From assembly GCA_009602735.1 (NCBI GenBank), contig WELA01003054.1:650058-701111 (forward strand): a stretch of DNA of 51,054 bases, written 5' to 3'. A model generated the notes under the pieces. The model made no database searches. It had not been told where the DNA came from and saw nothing but the letters and a program-made list of their open reading frames with translations. This document shows positions 42,469-51,054 of the stretch, piece after piece (position 1 is the first letter of the stretch; every line of letters starts with the position of its first letter). Source of the DNA: Mesotaenium endlicherianum (lineage: Eukaryota). A program made the translations under genes and the position numbers.

Positions 42469-44145
42469 TTAAGGGGTTGTTCCTGGGGCTTCAGGGTCAG
42501 GAGACGGAGATCTGGACCTAGATCTGGACAGCCCTCTAGGTCTGTCAGCTGGCCTTCTAAAGAACCCTGTTTGCTCTAAAGTTGGCCCTCGAGGAGAACG
42601 GAGGATGGTGGCCTGCTCTTCAACCACTTGGGTGTTGATTCCCACATAGACAGGCATTCCAGTAGGATGCTGAAATACATTGGCTAGAGGTACATGCCCC
42701 TGAGCGGAGGGGGAGGCTGGCATACCTCTGGCCCACCCGCGTGTCCCTCTTCTGGCACCCCTGTCCTCTGGGGATTTCTGTCTGTGTCTGCTGCCCAGTA
42801 CAGTCAGATCAGCTTCTTCCCCTGCTTGGGCAGGTGGGCTGGGGGAGCGAGCGCGGGGTCCAGTTGTCGCCATAACGGGGATCACATTCCACACACCTGA
42901 TCGTGGTTCTTTAGGAAGTGCCACTGCCTGTCCCTGGGTATCCTGAGTACCTGCTGCTGATGCTTCTCCTCTGCCTTGTTCTTCTTCCTCATCCTCCTCA
43001 TCCTCCTCCTCGGAGAGAGTAGGGGTCTCGTCCACTAAGTCGTCCTGCTCCCTAGTAGACATGGAGTAGTCTACCGACCTCCCTTTCTTAGGGCGCGCTG
43101 GAGGTTGCTTGGCCTTCAGCCTACTGATATCTATCCGGCCTGCATTCTTTGCCCATTTGACAAAGGCATGCTTTCCCTTAGAGAAGTACTCTCTTCCCCT
43201 CCTCCTATGTTCCTTGGTCTCTGCATTCATATTGCTCAGGCATCCATTCAGCCTGGGGTCCCAAGGGGCAATGTGAGGTGGTAGGATGAGATAGCCGTCT
43301 AGGCCATAGTGGAAGTCATCCGGTTGGGCTCGGTCACACTCCTGCTTCTTATTTGTGACGGTCATCCACCTCCAGTCTGTTGGCTGCTGGTAGTACTGGG
43401 GTCCGTGCTCAGCCTTCCTCAGTTTACACGGGAACCAGTGGGGAGAGAACATCTGCTGTCCTGCTTCCCTGGCCAAGTACTCCCAGCTCCTTCTCTCAAC
43501 TTCATTGTAAGCTGGCAGGAGTGTGAGGTAGAATACCGTATCCTTAAAGCTATCGGGCCGCATGCTCACCATCCGGATGAGTCTCTGATCTCCCACTATT
43601 CCCGGTATGGGGACCGGCTTGTCCTCTGAATCATCTGCGAGATACCGGGCCTGCTCTGCTGTATAGCCCACCATCTTAGCATAATCTTCGTAAAGGACCA
43701 CGCCGGTGTGTGTCTCGATGTACCTGTCCAGTGCTGTAGCTCCTTCCTTCTGTAGCAGTGTTGTCTGTTCCAGCCTGTTGATCTCCTGGGCTGCCAGCAA
43801 TGCTTCCTTCAGGTTATCGAAGTTTTGGCCACCCACCACAGTATACCTGTAAGTGGCCAAGCTCTTCTGTCTGTCCGCTTCAATCTTTTTTCTTTTCTCC
43901 TCTTCTGCCGCTGCCGCTTCTTCTTGCTGTTTCTTCTGTCTCTCCTCCTCAGCCTTCCTGAGGTTTTCCGCTTCCTGATCCTTCTTCCTCTGTGCCTCTT
44001 CTGCCGCCTCTTGTTGCTTGCGGACCCTTTCTTGTTCTCTCCTGGTGAGGGACGTCGCCGCCAGCTCCTTCTGGTATTGCTCCATTGTCCTCCTGGCTTC
44101 TTCTGCCTTGCGCTTTCTGTCCTCCTTTTGTGTGGTGGGCGCCAT
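42469..44145 (-). CDS. Additional ORF3 of the retrotransposon (env position), 558 aa from ATG 44145, unknown function
   Basis: Intact sense ORF between pol and the PPT. It has a charged coiled-coil N-terminus, an aromatic-rich central region, an acidic tract, and an RS/SP-rich C-terminus. No signal peptide or transmembrane segment is evident. Confidence 0.85.
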   Translation of the reverse strand: MAPTTQKEDRKRKAEEARRTMEQYQKELAATSLTRREQERVRKQQEAAEEAQRKKDQEAENLRKAEEERQKKQQEEAAAAEEEKRKKIEADRQKSLATYRYTVVGGQNFDNLKEALLAAQEINRLEQTTLLQKEGATALDRYIETHTGVVLYEDYAKMVGYTAEQARYLADDSEDKPVPIPGIVGDQRLIRMVSMRPDSFKDTVFYLTLLPAYNEVERRSWEYLAREAGQQMFSPHWFPCKLRKAEHGPQYYQQPTDWRWMTVTNKKQECDRAQPDDFHYGLDGYLILPPHIAPWDPRLNGCLSNMNAETKEHRRRGREYFSKGKHAFVKWAKNAGRIDISRLKAKQPPARPKKGRSVDYSMSTREQDDLVDETPTLSEEEDEEDEEEEQGRGEASAAGTQDTQGQAVALPKEPRSGVWNVIPVMATTGPRARSPSPPAQAGEEADLTVLGSRHRQKSPEDRGARRGTRGWARGMPASPSAQGHVPLANVFQHPTGMPVYVGINTQVVEEQATILRSPRGPTLEQTGFFRRPADRPRGLSRSRSRSPSPDPEAPGTTP

Positions 44146-44412
44146 CCTGCACATGTAACCAGGGCACAAGTTAGTAGGATATGGACCTTTGTCATAGGGA
44201 TTGCAGGAAGTATGTTAGTATTTAGTATAGTGGCTTCGCTGCTGTTTACCTTACAGGATGATTGCTAAAAGTTGACGTAGTTGCGATGCGCTACACATAA
44301 ACGTATGAGTGTGTTTTTATCGCTCTCGCTCACTAACTGTCATATATTTTCCCCTCCAACTTAAATGGAGACAGGACCGCCTGTCACCTTCCCGTGTCAA
44401 CTGAAATGACAG

Positions 44413-47400
44413 TTATGGAGGGACTCCAGCGGCCCGAAGGTGGAACCGTGTCAACGCCCCTTTGGCATTGGTCAAGTGGTCCTTAAACTCCCAAGTGTCC
44501 CCAGAGGCATCGTAACCCTTCCATCGAATGAGGTATTTCATGACATATTTAGACGATCGACGGACCGAGCGAGCGTCTAAAATCTCATCGACCTCATATT
44601 CCTCAGGGTCGCCGTCCCGGACAGCGGGGACCGGTCCCGGTTGGACAGGGAACCGACCTGTGAACAGTGTATCACCTTTGATGTACGGTTCCAGGAAGGA
44701 GACATTAAAGACCGGGTGCCCCTTGTATTCAGCTGACATGTTCAGTTTGTAAGCATTCTGACCGACACGACGGACCACCGAATATGGACCGACCCAGACA
44801 GGGCCAAGCTTTTTCTTGACCACACCAGGGAGGTACAGGTGCTGAGAATGCAGTTTGACTAAATCCCCCTTGGAAAATGTCAGTTCCCGACGGTGTTGAT
44901 TAGCGTATTTTTGTTGGTTTTCTTGGGCCGTGTGCAAGTTTCGTTGGACTTCTGACAGGGTGTCAGCAAACTCCTGAGTTAACTGGAGGGAGACCGGGTT
45001 GTCAATCCCTTCAGGGTGAGTTAAAGATTCCCCTAGCACATCTAGAGGAGACTTAGGGACTCTACCCAGGCTGAGTTCAAAAGGAGTTTTGCCCGTTGAC
45101 GCGTGCACCGCACTGTTGACCGCAAACTGAATTTGAGGCAACAGGTCATCCCAATTATCTTGTTTTTGGTTAATATATGCTCTCAGCACCTCCTGCAGAA
45201 CTCGGTTAGTTCTTTCAGTCTGCCCATCAGTCTGAGGGTGGTTTGCTGTGCTGAGCAGCTGTTTGACTCCCATTAACCCCATTAAAGCTCTCCAGAACTT
45301 AGAGGTGAATTTTGAGTCTCTGTCTGAGATGATATTAGAAGGGAGCCCATGTTGGCATACTACATGGTTGTAAAACTGTCTCGCTGTTTCGAGTGCAGTC
45401 ACTTTGACAGTTGTGGGGATAAAAATGACCATTTTTGTCAGTTTATCCACGACTACCAGTATTGAATCATGCCCGTTGGCAGTTCTTGGTAGTGAGACCA
45501 CCCAGTCCATGGATATAGTTTCCCAGCGTCCCGCTGGGATGGGTAGCGGTTGCAAGAGACCTCCGGGTGGTGTGTGCCGAGACTTATTTCTCTGACACTG
45601 GTCACAGGACTTGACATATTTCAAGACCTCCCGGGGTAACCCCTCCCAATGATAATGTTTTGCCAGTTTGCCAACAGTTTTGGCCTGCCCCAAATGTCCA
45701 CCCAGGAGACTGTCATGAGCTTGACTCAGTAAGAGAGACCTTATTTCCAAGTTATTAGGAATGACCAGCTTCAGCCTGCCTGAAGTGGTTTCAGTCACCC
45801 AGACCCCTCCCTTGAGCTTATACCCGAGTGCAGTAGCACGACACACACCAGTAGTGGGGCTGGGCTCAAATGTTGGGTCAGAAAGGTAGGCTTTCCTAAG
45901 TTGTTCAAGGAAGGACTTTTTCACCTTTAGTGAAGTGAGTGCACACAGGACTTTATCTACAGCATGCTGACTAAAGTTCCTTTCTTGCAAGTCAGGTCTT
46001 CTAGAGAGTGCATCAGCAGGATTCAACTTCCCTGGTTTGTAGTCGATCTGGACTTGGAACTGCTCCAGCATCTGGCTCCAGCGGTTCTCCCTCCTCGACA
46101 GCTTGGACTTCTTCTGAAAGTGGGTCAGAGCTAGATGATCTGTAATCACCTTAAAAGCTTTACCATGTAAGTATGCTCTCCACTGTTTGAGTACATGAAT
46201 GATAGCTAGCAGCTCTTTATCATGCACTGAGTAATTAATCTCCGCTGGATTAAATTTCATAGACTCATACAACACAGGATGCCACTCCTGCCGTACCTTA
46301 CCATCCTTTGTGGTTTTGTCAGCAGGCTGCAACAAAATAGCACCCATGGCAAAATCAGAGGCATCAGTAACCACCTGCACCGGTTTGCTGGGGTCATACA
46401 CGGCTAGCACTGGGGCAGAACAAAGGGCATCTTTAAGGGTCTGGAAGGCAGCCTGCTGCTCTTCCCCCCACACATACCCGATGTCTTTCTTAGTAAGGTC
46501 AGTCAGTTTACTGGCCTTTGTGGAATAATTCTCAATAAATCTCCTATAGTAGTTAGCCAACCCGAGGAAGGATCTAACTTCAGAGACAGACTGTGGTACT
46601 GGCCAGTCCCTTATGGTCTGGACTTTCTTAGGATCCACACTGATGCCCTCTTTACTGACAACGTGGCCTAAGAATTCAATACTTTCCTTAAAGAAATCAC
46701 ACTTGCTCATTTTAGCATACAAGTGATTTTTCCGCAGAGTGTCCAGCACTTTCTTTAAGTGTTCAGTGTGCTGAGCTTCATCTTTAGAGAAAATTAAAAT
46801 ATCATCCAGGAAAACTTGCACAAACTTATCCAAATAAGGTCTGAAAATGTCATTCATAGCACCCATAAAGGTAGCAGGAGCATTAGTCAGTCCAAATGGC
46901 ATCACGTTGAACTCATAGTGTCCATAACGTGTGCGGAAAGCAGTCTTGTGTTCATCCCCCTCAGCAATTCTGATTTGATGATAACCACTCTTGAGATCTA
47001 TCTTACTGAACACCTTAGCGCCAGACAGGGTATCAAGCAAGTCCTCGATTCTGGGTAAAGCATACTTGTTCTTTACTGTAATTCTGTTCAGGGCTCTGTA
47101 ATCCACACACATCCGCATACTGCCATCCTTTTTCTTAACAAATAGGATAGGTGCGCCGTACGGTGATTTACTGGGAGAAATGTAACCATTTTCCTCCAGC
47201 TCTGCAATCTGTGTTTTCAACTCCTCGCTCTCCAAATAAGACAAGCCATAAGTGCGTTGCCAGGGTGGCTGGCTACCAGGTAATAGATCAATCCTATGAT
47301 CTACTTCCCTTTTAGGGGGTAGTCCTGGAGGCATGTTAAACACATCAGTGTACTGAGCAACAATTTTTGCAGCAGTAGGGTGCTCCGGAGGGCTTACCTT

Positions 47401-48222
47401 TTTCTCAACCACTTCTTCAGGTTGAGGAGGTACCTCTCTTAGCAGCAGACAGAACATTCTGTCTTCCTTCTGGTTCCAGCTTTTGACGAACTCCATTGCA
47501 TTCAGCAACTTGCATCCTTCTGGAAGCCTCTTCTTTTCCTTCATTTGCCATCCACACAGGACAAGAGGAAGAGCACTGGTGGGTGCCAAGTCAGTCTGCC
47601 CATCACTGGCTCCTCTCACTTTAACTGTACCTCTGCTCCAACACACTTCAGCTTGATGTCTATTAAGCCAGGACCTGCCTAGCACGAGATCATAAAAGCC
47701 AGTGTTGAGTACCTCAAATGTAAGCGTTTCAGTTAGAACTGCAATGCCAGAACCTAACTGGACCTCAATAGGCTTGGTTATAACTCCTCCCGGGATACTT
47801 GAGGCATCTCCAAGGAATATTTTTCTATTCCCTTGGGTGACAGTAGGCAGCCTTAGCCGCTTAACTAAGTCCTTGTGAATAAAAGTATGTGACGCCCCTC
47901 CGTCAACAAATGCCCTCACCTTCCTACCTGCAATCATGCAATGCAGTAGGATAGGGGGGACTGTCTTTTCCTGACTTTCGCATTGTTCTCCTGACGTAGC
48001 AAAGAAATGTTGGACATCAGGTGGAACAAGAGCATCCAGAGTGTGCACTCTCTGGACGTCTATATTACTGATGGTCTCCTTTATCTGTTTGTCAGGCATG
48101 CATAGTGAATCCAGTTCAGCAGGACCCATAATACCTGCTACGAGGGCAGCTAGTGACGACTCACTATCTCTAGCATCCTCACAGTCAGTAGACTGGATTA
48201 CTGACTGTTGCTGTCTTTTAAA
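44413..48222 (-). CDS. pol: Pol polyprotein (aspartic protease, RT, RNase H, integrase, chromodomain), entered by -1 frameshift
   Basis: Protease [56 protein letters not shown]. RNase [26 protein letters not shown]. Integrase HHCC ([12 protein letters not shown]), SMDWV, SDRD, QTERTN, GPY. Chromodomain [20 protein letters not shown]. The frame is open upstream of M48129 through the slippery site. Confidence 0.98.
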   Translation of the reverse strand, partial: FKRQQQSVIQSTDCEDARDSESSLAALVAGIMGPAELDSLCMPDKQIKETISNIDVQRVHTLDALVPPDVQHFFATSGEQCESQEKTVPPILLHCMIAGRKVRAFVDGGASHTFIHKDLVKRLRLPTVTQGNRKIFLGDASSIPGGVITKPIEVQLGSGIAVLTETLTFEVLNTGFYDLVLGRSWLNRHQAEVCWSRGTVKVRGASDGQTDLAPTSALPLVLCGWQMKEKKRLPEGCKLLNAMEFVKSWNQKEDRMFCLLLREVPPQPEEVVEKKVSPPEHPTAAKIVAQYTDVFNMPPGLPPKREVDHRIDLLPGSQPPWQRTYGLSYLESEELKTQIAELEENGYISPSKSPYGAPILFVKKKDGSMRMCVDYRALNRITVKNKYALPRIEDLLDTLSGAKVFSKIDLKSGYHQIRIAEGDEHKTAFRTRYGHYEFNVMPFGLTNAPATFMGAMNDIFRPYLDKFVQVFLDDILIFSKDEAQHTEHLKKVLDTLRKNHLYAKMSKCDFFKESIEFLGHVVSKEGISVDPKKVQTIRDWPVPQSVSEVRSFLGLANYYRRFIENYSTKASKLTDLTKKDIGYVWGEEQQAAFQTLKDALCSAPVLAVYDPSKPVQVVTDASDFAMGAILLQPADKTTKDGKVRQEWHPVLYESMKFNPAEINYSVHDKELLAIIHVLKQWRAYLHGKAFKVITDHLALTHFQKKSKLSRRENRWSQMLEQFQVQIDYKPGKLNPADALSRRPDLQERNFSQHAVDKVLCALTSLKVKKSFLEQLRKAYLSDPTFEPSPTTGVCRATALGYKLKGGVWVTETTSGRLKLVIPNNLEIRSLLLSQAHDSLLGGHLGQAKTVGKLAKHYHWEGLPREVLKYVKSCDQCQRNKSRHTPPGGLLQPLPIPAGRWETISMDWVVSLPRTANGHDSILVVVDKLTKMVIFIPTTVKVTALETARQFYNHVVCQHGLPSNIISDRDSKFTSKFWRALMGLMGVKQLLSTANHPQTDGQTERTNRVLQEVLRAYINQKQDNWDDLLPQIQFAVNSAVHASTGKTPFELSLGRVPKSPLDVLGESLTHPEGIDNPVSLQLTQEFADTLSEVQRNLHTAQENQQKYANQHRRELTFSKGDLVKLHSQHLYLPGVVKKKLGPVWVGPYSVVRRVGQNAYKLNMSAEYKGHPVFNVSFLEPYIKGDTLFTGRFPVQPGPVPAVRDGDPEEYEVDEILDARSVRRSSKYVMKYLIRWKGYDASGDTWEFKDHLTNAKGALTRFHLRAAGVPP
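48181..48222 (-). promoter_or_regulatory. -1 programmed ribosomal frameshift signal (slippery heptamer + hairpin)
   Basis: T TTA AAA (48222-48216) in the gag frame, a 7-nt spacer, then a perfect 10-bp stem ACAGTCAGTA/TACTGACTGT with an 8-nt loop (48208-48181). pol is -1 relative to gag. Confidence 0.85.
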
Positions 48223-49676
48223 GGCTGGTCTTTTCTCTCGACCTTAGGCAGGTGCTTGACCGGACACTGTTCTCTGTAGTGGCCTTTCTGCTGACAATGG
48301 TAGCAAGTAGATTTTGCTGAGGCTGGTCTCGGCTTAGTCCTACCACCACCCCTTCCATAGCCACCTCGAGAGGGACCACCTCTACCTCTAGACTGAATAG
48401 CATTGTACTCATACTCATATTCATCACCCTGATTATCCTCAGCCTGGTCTCCTTCAACTGCATTGTAGGAACCGTGGGGCTTTTTGACAATCTTAGACAC
48501 CAAAGCGTTACTCTGGCGCTTGTGATTGAACTGCTGCTGATCCCAGGCGTCAGCATCCTGGATCAAGTCAGCCAGTTTCTCATACTTTTTCTCAGCAAAA
48601 TGACCAGAGACCTCGGATTTCAAGCCATACCTGAAGTATGCTATCCTATACCGTTCTGGCAAATCAGGCTGCTTCATCATGTTCTCTTGGAACTTTTGAG
48701 CAAACTCAGCAACTGAAGTGGTCTGCTTCAGTGTCAGGGAGATCATCGCATAGATAGCTTTCTCCTGCTGGTTGATGACATCAAACTTCTCATGCAACTT
48801 CTCGACAAACTCTACCCACGTAGGGTCACCGAGTTGCCGAGCCTTACGCTCTTCCTTCCAGTAAAGCCACCAGTCTGCGGCACTGCCTTTCAGTAGCGCA
48901 CCGGTGTGCCTGACCTTCTCGTAATCTTGCAGTTCTGGGTAGTTCTCCAGCCACTGCTCAACATCCGCGAGAAACTTGATCAGGTAATATTTTCTGTTTC
49001 CCTCAGGATCATAGTCCTGGGGAGGTTTCGGCTTGGGCTTACTAGGCCCTCGGCCACCACCACTAGTGGTGTGAGACCCCTGTTGGTCTCTGTCCCGCAG
49101 TAGGGACATTATGATTCTTTTGTCCTCCTGCTGGGACTGATACATGGTCGCCATTTGCGACTGCATCTGAACGAACAATGCTCCCAAGTCTACACTTTGG
49201 GGTGATAGATTAGCAAATGCAGCAGCAGCATTGACCTCTACTCGCTGAGTAGTGTCCTCAACAGTCCCTCTCGCCCCTGCAGCAGCAATTCCTGCCGTAT
49301 TCAGCCGGTCACGTATTTGACCTAGGGGTACATTGAGTTGTACAGCAGGAGGTGGGTTCAGAACATTGGCCCTTGATGCCAGGAGTTCCTCGACAGTGCG
49401 CTCGTCAGCTGGCTGTCTTTCCCTCCTTTCAGTATCTTCAGCGGCCTTTGCTACTTGTTCAACTTCTAGCCTGGCTCTCTCCTCCTCAGCTTGCTGAGCT
49501 GCGACTGCGGCAATAGCAGCTGCCTCATTTGCAGCCTCCCTAGCTGCATTATCTGCTACTGCTTCAGAATAGGTACGGGTTCCCGCTACATGGCTTTCCG
49601 CCTGGTTTTCGACATTCTCGTTATCCTGGTTCTCCATGTCTCGGGAGTTGCTAGTTTGAGACCTTGTCCTTACCAT
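48198..49676 (-). CDS. gag: Gag (capsid + CCHC zinc knuckle), 492 aa
   Basis: [38 protein letters not shown] capsid pattern, an RGG-rich segment, and [14 protein letters not shown]. Confidence 0.95.
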   Translation of the reverse strand: MVRTRSQTSNSRDMENQDNENVENQAESHVAGTRTYSEAVADNAAREAANEAAAIAAVAAQQAEEERARLEVEQVAKAAEDTERRERQPADERTVEELLASRANVLNPPPAVQLNVPLGQIRDRLNTAGIAAAGARGTVEDTTQRVEVNAAAAFANLSPQSVDLGALFVQMQSQMATMYQSQQEDKRIIMSLLRDRDQQGSHTTSGGGRGPSKPKPKPPQDYDPEGNRKYYLIKFLADVEQWLENYPELQDYEKVRHTGALLKGSAADWWLYWKEERKARQLGDPTWVEFVEKLHEKFDVINQQEKAIYAMISLTLKQTTSVAEFAQKFQENMMKQPDLPERYRIAYFRYGLKSEVSGHFAEKKYEKLADLIQDADAWDQQQFNHKRQSNALVSKIVKKPHGSYNAVEGDQAEDNQGDEYEYEYNAIQSRGRGGPSRGGYGRGGGRTKPRPASAKSTCYHCQQKGHYREQCPVKHLPKVERKDQPLKDSNSQ

Positions 49677-49697
49677 ACAAAGAAGACTGTGATAACT

Positions 49698-49709
49698 GCT
49701 CCGTTACCA
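49698..49709 (-). other. Primer-binding site, tRNA-iMet-like
   Basis: TGGTAACGGAGC, 1 nt after the 5' LTR; 10/12 match to the plant iMet PBS TGGTATCAGAGC. Confidence 0.7.
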
Positions 49710-49710
49710 C

Positions 49711-50430
49711 TGAAATGAACCGACTTACCAAACAAGCGATTAACAATTAATAAAGATCTTTATATCAGCAAGTAATTTTTATGGCGATTTCCGTTAACTG
49801 GTTAAACGGCAAAGGACAATACACTAGCAGTGAATAATACTCGTAAGTCAAATGCGAGTAAACTAGCATCAATAATGTCAATCAGTAAACTCATACATAA
49901 GCAAGGTTAGAAGACAGTGCGTATCAATGGCTTCTCGCCTTGGATTCAGATCTCTCTCAGTAAGCTGTACACGAGAGTTGGCCTCGTTTCCGAATGCCGA
50001 ACTCGAGAGCAATGCCTAGCATATGTACATGGAATGAGTTTACTGTTCAACGGTCAGTGCGATGGCACCGCCTACCCGGGAGTTAACCACGTTGGTAGGA
50101 CCTCGGTTAACCAAATCCACCGCCATCTCCCATCATCCCGAATAGCCATCCATCATAGGGATGTCATCTGGCCATTCATCTAGCATATCGTACTTAGGTG
50201 TAAGTCAAGGCAGTTCGCTGCTACCGAGTACGGAAGTCAGCTGGCTGTCAAAGAATGGGTCAGCAAGCTGACTTATATGGACTTCAGCCTGCTGCTTCCG
50301 GCTGAGTCATTAAACTGATAATTATGTAAAGTCCAGCAGACTGACTATTAACTAAAGTTCAGCAGGCTTAACTTAATTAACTACTATATCTAAATGAATA
50401 TTATATCCACTAATATAGTGATTCATTACA
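49711..50430 (-). repeat. 5' LTR (720 bp)
   Basis: Direct repeat of 41637-42355, followed by the PBS and gag on the minus strand. Confidence 0.95.
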
Positions 50431-51054
50431 CGCTTGACCGCAGCAGATGATGCCTTCCTCGCACAACTAGTGGCACCTCAAAGGCCGCAAACATTGGCGC
50501 AGGCATGGATGGTCACACCACCCGCAAGGGAGGAGTATGGCACGACCGTCGCCCGCATGGCTATTATTGAGCGAGAATGGGGCTGGGCGATCAGCCCTAG
50601 GACAGATCCCGCAGGTTTTCCAATGGCAACCCAACCTCGGCCACGTGAAGAAGGAGGAACCGGGACCAGTTGGACTGCAGTCGACGAGGAAATGTTCCTG
50701 AGGCAGCCCATCCGGAGGCGCCTGACATACCCCTCACCGCAGGAGAGGTGACGCGTCATTGGGAAAGGTAAAAAGCCTAGGAAATAGGCTGCCGAACTTA
50801 TGGCAACGGAGGAGCAAGCTGCAAAGCCTGCTACCCACCTCCTAAGAATCAGGCCGAAAAGCCTGAGAGCCAGAATCAGGCAGAAAAGCCTGAGGGCCAG
50901 GATGAGGGCGGGAAGCCCCCACCTGCACCTAAGGAGTAGCAACCACTGGATGCCTTTGTTGGGGAGAAGCAACCTGGAATTGAGACTTTTGCCATTGGGA
51001 AAATGGTCTCAGCCCAGCAGAGAGCACAAGTAGAAAGGTTGCTGAAGAAACACC
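50431..51054 (+). mobile_element. Decayed coding sequence of an older Gypsy-like element (probable protease-RT linker), truncated by the LTR and by the window edge
   Basis: The frame is open right from the LTR edge and is interrupted by TGA/TAG stops and a frameshift. It ends FAIGKMVSAQQRAQVERLLKKH, resembling the helix that precedes Gypsy RT. Confidence 0.5.

Larger units (their letters stand above)
41637..50430 (-). mobile_element. Full-length Ty3/Gypsy chromovirus LTR retrotransposon (~8.8 kb) with gag, pol and an extra ORF
   Basis: Two ~720-bp LTRs with TG..CA ends, a PBS, a PPT, gag, and pol in PR-RT-RH-IN-chromodomain order. Confidence 0.97.

Noticed and set aside
42469..44169. Calling ORF3 an env gene
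   Set aside because: No signal peptide, TM anchor or Cys-rich ectodomain is visible, and the composition suggests a soluble nuclear protein.

Overview
Eukaryotic, GC-rich, intron-containing DNA with (CA)n-rich introns, poly-C/G runs and N gaps. Gene content is plant-like; a streptophyte green alga is my inference. From left to right: (1) decayed exon-like fragments at ~2.3-4.1 kb; (2) an intact six-exon STP/HUP-family hexose:H+ symporter (5945-8982, minus) with a 138-bp tandem array upstream; (3) a chimeric pseudogene of Cys-rich phase-1 exons fused to the start of a papain domain (12313-13038); (4) a ~16.6-kb VIN3/VIL (VEL)-family gene (14683-31316, minus) with N-terminal helix, Zn finger + Oberon PHD + coil, FNIII and VEL C-terminal domains, plus an unexpected second canonical PHD finger; (5) an uncharacterised spliced gene (34421-37233, minus); (6) a decayed retroelement relic; (7) a full-length Ty3/Gypsy chromovirus (41637-50430, minus) abutting older Gypsy pol sequence. 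The chromovirus is the most unusual object. It has a textbook -1 frameshift signal between gag and pol. It also carries a third 558-aa sense ORF in the env position, non-env in character, preceded by a TACTAAC branch point and 3' splice site and bracketed by two copies of the PPT. Its LTRs are ~4% diverged and lack a TSD, suggesting a recombinant copy. Exon boundaries were inferred by hand, and no database searches were run.
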